Assembly (NCBI RefSeq): GCF_009914755.1
Contig: NC_060926.1
Length of the DNA: 64,000 nt
Strand: one strand, 5' to 3'
Origin: the human T2T-CHM13v2.0 reference genome, Homo sapiens
Part shown: piece by piece, positions 49,091-64,000 of the stretch
Layout of the letters: every line of letters begins with the position of its first letter
Position numbering within the stretch: the stretch's first letter is position 1
Notes under the pieces: model-generated
What the model was told of the DNA's origin: nothing
What the model saw: only the letters and a program-made list of their open reading frames with translations
Databases searched by the model: none
Program-made: the position numbers and the translations under genes

Positions 49091-51853
49091 AATGTCCTAC
49101 CCTTTGCATTTTGTGCCTGCTCTAGAGTTATTACCCCTGGAGGTCATAAGTGTATAGATGTGTATTCACATGAGTTTCCATCACTAGGTTATGCTGCCTT
49201 GAGGGTAAGAAGTCTGCTAATCAACTTTTTATCATTCCAGTGCCTACCAAGATGTCTGTCCAATTGCATACATCTAGGTTTATTTTAATGCAAAGTTGCT
49301 GGGTCTCTTTCTTTTTTACTTCTCAAGTAATTTCACACAGATTAGGGGCCCAGCTACAGAGCTGACAGATGGCATTGTGTATAATCAGCAGACATCACAG
49401 AATTTGGAATGTCGGAGAGAATTGTCTTTATGCAATCAACGGACTGAGACAAGGCCTTGATGGATATAATCCTGACAGTTGCTTACCCAGAGGGTCCCAT
49501 CCCATCTTTAAATCCACCCCCACTCCTATCCCTACTCCTGACTCCCAGGAGTCTTGGTTTACTGCCCTGGAGAAAACCAATCTATGAATCAGAGAATGTC
49601 AGCTCTGGCAGGGATCTCAAAATGTCCCGAATCCTTATATTTCTAAGGAACTTAGAGTTCAACGAAGGTGATCTGTCACTGGAATCAAATGAGATCAACC
49701 TAAGGGAAATCCCACTACATGTCAAGCAATAAATTACCTATTCTACGCACATTATCACATTCTCTTCTATAAACAAACCCATGAGGTATGTTCCCAGCTC
49801 TTGCTGGGGAAAAATAAAAGCTCCAAAATTGAATTTTCTCCATTATAAGATTTCCTCACACAACTTTTCTTAAACTTTTAGCTCATACTACAGCTAGTCT
49901 GCTGGCAAGTAATAAATTAAATAAAAATTTCGTAGCTTTATATCATACCTGTTATCAAGTGTCTCTACTCTCTCTACTCGGCCGGGCAGGCTCACCCTTT
50001 ATGCTGTATATGCTAGGTAAACCTAGGTGATTTTTATCAGACTTATACATGATTTCTTTAAAATATGTGGCATTCTCATTTGAGATTCAGAAAGGTGAGT
50101 AACTGTTGAAATAAGTGTAGAAAATAAGACTTTTTTCTAGAAAAAAAAATGTTTTCTGTTGGTATACAGGAATTAAATAATTTCATCGCATTTGGGACAA
50201 AGCACCCAAATTTCCTGTTGCTGCACTACATAAACAAATTTGGGAACCCTGCTCCACTCCAAGCCCTTTATTTATAGATGAGGAAAGCAATACTTAGAGA
50301 AAATAAGGGACTTACCCTAAGCTATAAAATAATTTAGTGGCAGAGACAAGACTAGAACTCATTCAACTCATTCCCTTAGATCCACGTTTAGTGCTCTTCA
50401 CTCCCACAACACAGAAATAGCACACCTGTGCTTAGGGCCTGGAATCCGGGTTCTCTTAGTTAGTGACTATTGTTAGTGTGCAGTAAGAATTTATCTGAAT
50501 TTGAATTCTGAAAAGGCCATCGGGAGGGGGAAATGCTTCAATAGAACAATTTCTTTCTAAATACACACTTAGGGTTCACAAGGAGAAATAAAAAAAGAAA
50601 AATAAATGCCCAAGTGGCAGGGAATTCCCATTAGTGCCTAGCAGGAATGTACACCAGACAAATCCATACATTTTGTTGTCACTGTTATGATGTGTGTCTG
50701 TGGGCCAAATTCAAGAGCCATCATCATCAACAGGTATGGGTGCAGCACTTACTCCACAAGACACCTACCACCTGCACCAGGAACTACAAATATAAGTAGT
50801 TGGGATCAGGGACAAGGAGGTAGAGTTATGTGCCACTCTAAGAAAAAGACAAATTTTCAAGTCTTTTCCAGTTCATCCAAATCCCTGGAATTGATGAGCC
50901 AGACAACTCACCACCCACCACTGAGAGTGACATGTGAATGAACTAAAAGTTCTAGGGAAAAAATGGAAACAATTTCTAAGTCTTGAGATCAAATCCCAGC
51001 TGCATTTTTCAGATGTGTAGCCTAGGGAATTAGTTGAACTCTGAATTTCAATTCTTTATCTGTAATTTGGAGATTATGAGATGTAAATGAGATGGCACAG
51101 GTAAGGCATCAGCATGTGGCATGTGTTCAGAGATTAGTCACCTACTAATTGCCTCTACCCCAAAGCCCTCAGGTTCACCTTGCTTGTATACTGTTGCTTT
51201 GGGAAAGTCCCATTCTCTAAGTGACACTGTTCCTTTCATCAAAGATGCTTATCTGGATCCCACACAGATGCTTCCCTCCATACTAACTCCTTCCGTCACC
51301 ATCAAGCCAAACTACAATGCACAAAAACACAACAAGTGAAGGCTGACTCAGCAACTCACAATGCCCTTTCCTGGGTGCAAAAGCTAAAGCAAAAAAAGTC
51401 TGTTAGAAACCCTTTATTTTTCGAAACCCAGAAACCTCACCACTGAAGCTAACTGAAAAGGCTGATGAGAAATCAATAGCATTTGATTGTAAACCTGTCA
51501 AAATGATACTGATGGTAGTACATTATTGGCGGCTCTCAGGGATTGATTTCTGCCCCCTTCCTTTCTCCATCATCGCACATCACCTTCATACTAACAACAG
51601 ATTCCTTTTTTCTAAATTAATCTCCAGGCCAGAAAAATCAATAGTATTTACCATGTGTAAATTTTTCTACCCTCCAGAGTCCACAGTTCCCACTACTTAA
51701 AACTCGAAGAGAGGTGCCAGTTACAGAGCATGCTATAAGGAGGGATTTTTGATGGTCAAAATGTGCACCGACGCTCCTCAGAGCAAGGGCTGGGCCGGTG
51801 CTAGCAAATAATAGAGAGGAAGAAAGAAACTCCAAGGTCCCCATGTATGTTTA

Positions 51854-52157
51854 TTTATTTTTATTAATATTATTTGAGATGGAGTCTCCCTCTGTCTCCC
51901 AGACTGGAATGCAGTGGTGCGATCTCAGCTCACTGAAACCTCCACCTTCTGGGTTCAAGTGATTCTCCTGCCTCAGCCTTCCAAGTAGCTGGGATTACAG
52001 GTGCCCACCACCATGCCCGGCTAATTTTTGTATTTTTAGTAGAGATGGGTTTTCACCGTGTTGACCAGACTGGTCTCAAACCCCTGACCTCAAGTGATCT
52101 GCCCACCTCAGCCTCCCAAAGTGCTAGGATTACAGGCCTGAGCCACCGCGCCTGGCC
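51854..52157 (-). mobile_element. AluS (AluSx/Sz-like)
   Basis: Antisense full dimer. TSD cccatgtatgttta at ~51840-51853 and 52158-52171. Confidence 0.95.
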
Positions 52158-52659
52158 CCCATGTATGTTTAAATGATGGAAATAAGGTTTTTATGTAAAG
52201 AGAGATTTTGGAGAGACAAAAGATGCCAGGCATCCAAAGTCTAGTTGCATTTCATAACAGAAAAAAATTAGACATAGGTGAGCTTTTCTCCTCCTCAAAA
52301 ATTTTAGGATTAGGCCAGATATTAGATCTAGAAAAGAAATGAGAGGGTATCTAATTCTTTGAGTTCCATCTTTGGGTTCTGATTTGAAAATGATCATGTT
52401 TGTCCTAATTATTGCATCCTTTTTAAATGCAATATTTTAATTACTTTTTAATTTTAAATGACACTAAAGAAAAATGTGGGGTTTTTTTTAAGAAGTAAAA
52501 GGGGCATAATTTTAAAGCATTTGAAAAACACTGATCTAGTTCAGCTCCCTTAATCTAACAGTGGGGAAGTTGAGCCCAGCAAGAAGTGAGTCTGGAAGCT
52601 CACTCACGGCAAATGACAATTATTTTATGAAAATACCAGTAATAATTATAATAATGGAT

Positions 52660-52900
52660 TTATTTTATTGAATATTTACTCCTATGACCAGTTTGGATAG
52701 GCACTTTACATAAGTATTTTCAATTCTCAGAGCAATCCCATATGGTAGGGCTACTATTATAACCCTTTTAAAGCTGGAGAAACTGGGCTCAGAAATGTTA
52801 GGAAATTTATCCAAGATCACACAGTGAACAGTCGGGGGATCTGGGATTGAAACCTCGTCTGTTTAGTTCTGAATCACCTTTTGTGTTTCAAAAACCATGC
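52660..52900 (-). mobile_element. MIR
   Basis: gagaaactgggctcagaaatgttaggaaatttatccaagatcacacag...ctgggattgaaacc. Confidence 0.75.
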
Positions 52901-54039
52901 TGACTTTGCAGATACTTATAGGAACCTAGATACTTACAGGAAGTTATAGGAACCCAAAAACTTCACCTTCTGAATAATTAGTGTTCTGTGCTCAGGACTG
53001 AGGATTACCTAAAGATGGTCTTACTGTGAAACAAGGCATGAATACACAAGGAGGTGAGTAATAGCAATATGGCACAAATACTTAGTGACTCAGTGAGTGA
53101 GGAATTAGGGTACTAGGAGTAACAGAGGAATTAGTAGGAGCAACAGAAAAGGCTTTAGGAAAGATTGGATAGTTTTTGACAGGAGGAAAGAAAGGGATAT
53201 TATTTCAAACTGAAGTGGTTAATCCAAACCATAGAAATAGGAAAACATAAGATATGGTGGGTGACTGTAAGTAAATCCTGGAACCATGGGGTTCATGTAC
53301 CAGACCAGAAGAAATGAGATTGGAAGAAGAGGAAGAGATTGCATTGGGAAGGAAGCCAACTGCTGGGCCAAGAGAACTTAGATTTTGTTGGGGGAGAGTG
53401 TGGAACACAGGATGCAGGGAAGTTCCCCAAACAGTTATTTGAATGGCCTCAATATCACCCTACAAGGACCTGGACTCAGATGTTTAAAAAAGAAGGACAA
53501 ATGAGAGACACATTGTGGAAAAAAAAAAAGAAAAGAAAATAACATGAATAAGTTCAGGAAACAATAGGGATTGGGGGACAAAGAAAAGGCATTGGTTATA
53601 GATGGTTCACATTGATGCTCATGGAATGGAGATTGTTGTAGCATCATTAGGAAAATAACAGTAATGTTATGAAGTAGATGAACACCCCTAATTTGTACAG
53701 TGCTTTTTATTTACAAGTTTCTTTTGCATATGTCTCTCAGAATGTCTCTGAAAGATTAGCAAGTTAGATATTATTCTCACCACTCTACAAATGAGCCCTC
53801 AGAAGCCAAGATCAAATGACTAATCCAAGACGCTTTGATCTTTGATTTGGAGTCCAAAATCTCTTGCAGAGTTCAGGTAATCAATGCAGTGAAAAGTATG
53901 AAGGATCAGCAGAACACCAATATCCAGGAGCTGAAGATGAAACAGAAAAGAGTGGGTAGGCATCTTCCAGACAGAGGCACTGATGTCCATGACAAGATCA
54001 CATGTCTCATATTAGGAATTATCATTTTGGTTCATTGAA

Positions 54040-54666
54040 CTGTGTCTCCCTCCCATGACTAACACAGTGACCTCCTAACAGGTATCTTTGTTGCAGCGCT
54101 TGGCCCCTTCAGCATAGTCTCAATGTAGTTGTCAGAATAAACCTGCTGAAATACAATAGCTCACATCAGTCCTCTGCACCGTTTGAGTGGAGTGCAAAGC
54201 CCAAGGTCAGCAGGCCCCAGGGACAGGCTCTGGCACCTTGCTGACCTCATTTCCTTAGCTCCTCACTATGTTCCCTCCACCCTGCAAACTGGCTCCTGGC
54301 TGTGACTCAAACCCACCAGGCTGGCTCCCACCCCAGTGCCTTTGTGCCTGCTATCCGCTCTGCCTACAACAGCTTTCCCAGACCAGATGTTCACTCCTTT
54401 AGTTCTCACCTTATCAGCGCTTCCTGGCTCCTCTATTTAAAATAACACCCCTGCCACCCTTCTCAGCTTTAGTGTTCTCCACAAAACTTGCCTCCACCTC
54501 ACATACTATATATTTGTTTGTTGTCTCACTCCCAATTCTGGGCTGTGACCTGAGGAAAGCAGATTTTTGTCTTTTTTGTTCACTGCTATACCCCAGTGTC
54601 TGCAAGAGTTTATTGTATACAGTAGGATATTTTAAAAGATTTTTCAGATGACTGAATGAGTGAATT
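54040..54666 (+). mobile_element. L2 (L2a-like) 3' segment
   Basis: cctcctaacaggtatc...gcctttgtgcctgct...ttttgttcactgctataccccagtg...gactgaatgagtgaat. Confidence 0.75.
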
Positions 54667-57055
54667 CTATAGTATCGTGAAGTTTTCTTGTTTGTTATTA
54701 CATATATAACTCTCACATGACCCAAAGGGCCCATTTCTTTGTCAATATGTCACTGGCTGTCACTAATGACCAGCCAGGTGCTAGTCCCTGGGACCCCCGA
54801 TCTTAACCCATTTCAGTCTCCTCTTTTTTCTGCTCCACATGTGGAGAGCAGAACTGAAAGAAAGGCAACTTCCAGTTTTTTCATACTCAGACTAGTGGTG
54901 TTAACACAAGCATTTAACCTCCCCAAACATCAGACACTTTGCAGTAAAATGGGGATAATAGTAGCTTCCTCCTGGGCTTGAAAATTGATTAGAGTTCATG
55001 GTTAGATGTGATATGAAAAATGATTTTTGAAATTAGTGTAACCTATGGGCCTGTACAAATTAAACACATGGAATGTCTTTTAAGCCAAAACTCTTAATCA
55101 TGTAATTGCTATTTATGCAGCAGAACTTAGCCTGGATTTTGGATTCAGTCTGGAAGTTGATACTCTGCATTCCTGCAGGAAATGAAATTCTGTGAGAGGC
55201 GATCATGCTCAGTCCCTTCTAAATTAGGCCTTCATTTGATTTAAAGAGCTAAGACTTTCTAGGATGGCACTGCCAGATGCAAACATAAGCATAAAAGTTC
55301 TTTTAAAAGTCAGATGCAAAGATTTGGTAATCGTTCACTCTCCTCAATTATCCAATTAGCCATGTGTTTTGGAAGAATAGCTAGTTGTACCTTCTTCATA
55401 AAGCTTGCTTTCATCAAACATTCACCAGGGGATGAACCATTCTGTTTTTGTCTCCCAGAGATCTTCGAAGGACAAGTTAGAACCCCACTTTCACCCCAAA
55501 TAACTTAGGGAACCTTTTTTTGGGGCAGTACATAATTGGTACTAAATCTTTATCATGCTGCACTGTGATAATCTGCTTATGTGTTTTATACATCTGTTTC
55601 CTCCAATAGACTTGGAGCTTCTTAAGAATAAAACTTGCATTTTCTTTCTTTGTAAATTTGGTCACAAATTTTTATTTGCATATTTTAGGTGCTTATAAAA
55701 AGGAAAGGAGGAAGAGAGAATGAGAGAAAGAGAGGGAGGATGCGAAGGCAGTAAGGGAACTAGAGAGACAATTCTATTTAAAAATTTCAGCCATCTTGGA
55801 CAGAAAAATTTCATGAAATACTTTTTCTAGCTGGTAATTTGGCATTATCCATGCATACTGGAAAATATGCAATAAACAAAATGAAAAATGTTCTCTGCCA
55901 TCTCCCTCTTTACTGGGATTGAAATGATGTTGCTAACAGTTAGAAGACGTATTTTAAATTGGAGGCTTCCTTGGTATTCCATGAGATTTCCATCTCTCAT
56001 TTGAACAGACATCAATAACATTGAAGACTCTGTCTCCGTAGTGCCTTTACAATTTAGCACTTGTAAAAATGAGACTTTCCAGCTCATTAACTTGCTTACG
56101 CAAATACAGCCCAGAACCAGTTAATCCTGAAAAGTGACTACTCTGTTTTCATCTTTTAATGACGGTTTTATGCCTGGACTTCAGCCTAAACTAAATAAAG
56201 GCTCTTGACAGAGACTACTCATTTCCTACCTGGGCTACTTAAAAAAAAAATCTACAGGAAAAAAAAAAAATCCAATACAGCATGGCAGGTTCTGGTCATT
56301 TCTTTTCTGAAAATGGCAGAGGACATCATTATTCAATCCAAAGGCAAGGCTGCAGCAGCCAAGTCAAAGTGGTTCTCGATCAGCATGGGAATAGCAAGGT
56401 GCTTTAGATGACATTCCTGAGAGCCATAACCAGACTGGGGCCCCTCATTATATGTCCCTGAGACCTCCCTGAGAGTACTTTTATGAAGCACTCTCATGTT
56501 AAGGATCTATGTCTATGAGCTATTGTGACAAAAAAAAAAAAAACTGGCATTAAGTGTGTTTAATATCCCCATCCTTTAAGATGCAGATGTGCAAAAGGCA
56601 GAGAATTAATTGACACTGATAGTAACTGAAAGCTTGCTCTTGAAATTCTCCCCCTAAACAACACCCATTCTCTAACTCCTGAAGCATGAAATCCAAAGTC
56701 CATCCTCCTTAGCATGATGGTCATAGCCCTAATGATTTTGCTCCAACCCTGTCTGTCTCTTCCTCCTCCCCCGCCACAAGTTCATGGACCCACCATGCCA
56801 GGCTGTGTACTGTTACTGAAGCCTGCCTTCCACTAATAAAACTCCACTGACTGGGGTATCCATCATAATGGCCAACCCCTATTTTTACCTTTCAAACCCA
56901 GGTTAAAGTTCTTCCATGATCCTGGGCTAACAAGTAAAATCAACCTTTACATCCTCTGTTCTCCCCTAGCACTCCAGATTTCTCTTATAAAACATGCATC
57001 TGCTTCCTAAGCTAGGAAGCATTCATTAATTAGAACTTGTTCTTAAAACAATGTT

Positions 57056-57933
57056 CCCCCCATTAAAAAAATGGGCAAAATACATGATCAGACACTTTTC
57101 AAAAGAGGACATACATGTGGCCAACAAGCATATGAGAAAAAGCTCAATATCACTGATCGTTAGAGAAATGCAAATCAAAACCGCAATGAAATACCATCTC
57201 ACACCAGTCAGAGTGGCTATTATGATAAAGTCAAAAAATAACATGCTGGCAAGGTTGCAGAGAAAAGTGAACACTTATAAACTGTTGGTGGGAGTGCAAA
57301 TTAGTTCAACCATTGTGGAAAGCAGTGTGGTGATTCCCCAAAGAGCTAAAAACAGAACTACCATTTGACCCAGCAATTCCATTACTGGGTTTATACCCAA
57401 AGGAATATAAATCATTCTATCATAAAGACAGATGCACACATATGTTCACTGTAGCACTATTCACAATAGCAAAGACAAGGAATCAACCTAAATGCCCACC
57501 AATGTTAGACAAGATAAAGAAAACATGGTACATATACACCATGGAATACTACACAGCCATAAAAAAGAATAAGATCATGTCCTTTGCAGGGACATGGATA
57601 GAGCTGGAGGCCATTATCCTTAGCAAGGTAACAGAAGAACAGAAAACCAAATACCACATGTTTTCACTTACAAGTGGGAGCTAAATAAGGAGAATACATG
57701 GACACATAGAGGGGAATAATAGACACTGAGGCCTCCTTGAGGGTGGAAGGTGGGAGGAGGGAGAAGATCAGAAAAAATTGCCATTGGGTACAAAGCTAAG
57801 TACCCAGATGATGAAAAAATCTGTACAACAAACCCTTGTGAGAAAAGTTTACCTATATAACAAACCTGCACATGTACCCCTGAACCGAAAATAAAAGTCA
57901 AAAAATAAAGACAGAGAAAAAATAAAAATAAAA
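57056..57933 (+). mobile_element. 5'-truncated L1PA13-15-like element
   Basis: ORF2 C-terminal remnants ([16 protein letters not shown]; KTKYHMFSLTSGS), 3'UTR ending aacaaacctgcacatgtacccctgaacc, then an A-rich tail. Confidence 0.9.
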
Positions 57934-58320
57934 CTGGGTTTTCCACATTCAATCTGATAATGAAATGGCAAATTGACTATGAATGAATGAACTAGTCACC
58001 CTGTTGTGACTAAACGTACTGGAAAATGTGGTTGACCTAACTATTCAGCCTAGTCAGATTGCTGGAGCCTCTGAACAAAAAGTTCCTCCAAATTCTTTTT
58101 TTTATTATTATTATTATTATACTTTAAGTTTTAGGGTACATGTGCACAATGTGCAGGTTAGTTACATAAGTATACATGTGCCATGCTGGTGTGCTGCACC
58201 CATTAACTCGTCATTTAGCATTAGGTATATCTCCTAATGCTATCCCTCCCCCCTCCCCCCACCCCGCAACAGTCCCCAGAGTGTGATGTTCCCCTTCCTG
58301 TATCCATGTGTTCTCATTGT

Positions 58321-62145
<3,825 letters not shown>

Positions 62146-62208
62146 TATGATGTTAGCTGCTTATTTTGCTCGTTAGTTGATGCAGTTTCTTCCTAGCCTC
62201 GATGGTCT

Positions 62209-63224
62209 TTACAATTTGGCATGATTTTGCAGTGGCTGGTACCGGCTCTTCCTTTCCATGTTTAGTGCTTCCTTCAGGAGCTCTTTTAGGGCAGGCCTGA
62301 TGGTGACATAATCTCTCAGCATTTGCTTGCCTGTAAAGTATTTTACTTCTCCTTCACTTATGAAGCTTAGTTTGGCTGGATATGAAATTCTGGGTTGAAA
62401 ATTCTTTTCTTTATGAATGTTGGATATTGGCCCCCACTCTCTTCTGGCTTGTAGAGTTTCTGCCAAGAGATCCGCTGTTAGTCTGATGGGCTTCCCTTTG
62501 TGGGTAACCCGACCTTTCTCTCTGGCTGCCCTTAATATTTTTTCCTTCATTTCAACTTTGGTGAATCTGACAATTATGTGTCTTGGAGTTGCTGTTCTCA
62601 AGGAGTATCTTTGTGGCATTCTCTGTATTTCCTGAATCTGAATGTTGGCCTGCCTTGCTAGATTGGGGAAGTTCTCCTGGATAACATCCTGCAGAGTGTT
62701 TTCCAACTTGGTTCCATTCTCCCTGTCACTTTCAGGTACACCAATCAGACATAGATTTGGTCTTTTCACATAGTCCCATATTTCTTGGAGGCTTTGTTCA
62801 TTTCTTTTTATTCTTTTTTCTCTAAACTTCCCTTCTCACTTCATTTCATTCATTTCATCTTCCATCACTGATACCCTTTCTTCCAGTTGATCGCATCGGC
62901 TCCTGAGGCTCTTGCATTCTTCACGTAGTTCTCGAGGCTTGGCTTTCAGCTCCATCAGCTCCTTTAAGCACTTCTCTGTATTGGTTATTCTAGTTATACA
63001 TTCGTCTAAATTTTTTTCAAAGTTTTTACCTTCTTTGCCTTTGGTTTGAATTTCCCCCTGTAGCCGGAGTAGTTTGATTGTCTGAAGCCTTCTTCTCTCA
63101 ACTCGTCAAAGTCATTCTCCATCCAGCTTTGTTCCGTTGCTGGTGAGGAACTGCATTCCTTTGGAGGAGGAGAGGCGCTCTGCTTTTTAGAGTTTCCAGT
63201 TTTTCTGCTCTGTTTTTTCCCCAT
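62209..63224 (-). pseudogene. L1 ORF1 (RNA-binding protein), disrupted
   Basis: MGKKQSRKTGNSK... start and ...RYQPLQNHAKL end. Frameshift near 63065 and an in-frame TGA near 62837. Confidence 0.95.
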
Positions 63225-64000
63225 CTTTGTGGTTTTATCTACTTTTGGTCTTTGATGATGGTGATGTACAGATGGGTTTTTGGTGTGGATGTCCTTTCTG
63301 TTTGTTAGTTTTCCTTCTAACAGACAGGACCCTCAGCTGCAGGTCTGTTGGAGTTTGCTAGAGGTCCACTCCAGACCCTGTTTGCCTGGCCACAGAACAG
63401 CGGTGGCCACAGAACAGCAGAATTTCATGAACCACAAATGCTGCTGTCTGATCGTTCCTCTGGAAGTTTTGTCTCAGAGGAGTACCTGGCCGTGTGAGGT
63501 GTGAGGTGTCAGTCTGCCCCTACTGGGGGGTGCCTCCCAGTTAGGCTGCTCGGGGGTCAGGGGTTAGGGACCCACTTGAGGAGGCAGTCTGCCCTTTCTC
63601 AGATCTCCAGCTGCATGCTGGGAGAACCACTGCTCTCTTCAAAGCTGTCAGACATGGACATTTAAGTCTGCAGAGGTTACTGCTGTCTTTTTGTTTGTCT
63701 GTGCCCTGCCCCCAGAGGTGGAGCCTACAGAGGCAGGCAGGCGTCCTTGAGCTGTGGTGGGCTCCACCCAGTTGGAGCTTCCTGGCTGCTTTGTTTACCT
63801 AAGCAAGGCTGGGCAATGGCGGGCGCCCCTCCCCCAGCCTCGCTGCCGCCTTGCAGTTTGATCTCAGACTGCTGTGCTAGCAATGAATGAGGCTCCGTGG
63901 GCATAGGACCCTCTGAGCCATGTGCGGGATATAATCTCCTGGTGTGCCGTTTTTTAAGCCTGTAGGAAAAGCGCAGTACTGGGGTGGGAGTGACCCGATT
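63225..64000 (-). promoter_or_regulatory. L1 5'UTR (internal sense promoter and antisense promoter region), partial
   Basis: GC/CpG-enriched L1 5'UTR sequence directly upstream of the ORF1 ATG. Confidence 0.85.
63816..63890 (+). pseudogene. L1 antisense ORF0, prematurely terminated (24 aa)
   Basis: ATG GCG GGC GCC... translates to MAGAPPPASLPPCSLISDCCASNE*, matching the ORF0 N-terminus. Confidence 0.85.

Overview
This is hominid (human-like) non-coding genomic DNA, either intronic or intergenic. It is AT-rich, has no CpG island outside the L1 5'UTR, and I found no supportable cellular protein-coding gene, RNA gene or prokaryote-type system. Much of it is interspersed repeat: a near full-length but inactivated minus-strand L1PA3-type element running off the right edge (58096-64000), a twin-primed 5'-inverted L1PA2 with a perfect 16-bp TSD (23088-23746), several older or truncated L1s, three Alu S elements with TSDs, many MaLR solo LTRs, MIR/L2 remnants and hAT MITEs. 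It also has several STRs and a 1.5-kb cryptic CA-rich minisatellite that produces the long spurious His/Thr ORFs. I did not find a new biological system. The most interesting details are mechanistic: the L1PA3 keeps the 129-bp ZNF93-target segment but has a local 15-bp duplication inside it; the L1PA2 inversion deleted the G-rich 3'UTR tract; two L1 3' ends form a long tail-to-tail inverted repeat; and the CA-rich array has a ~60-bp unit with a 184-bp higher-order duplication. Repeat subfamily names come from recalled consensus sequences and should be confirmed with RepeatMasker/Dfam.
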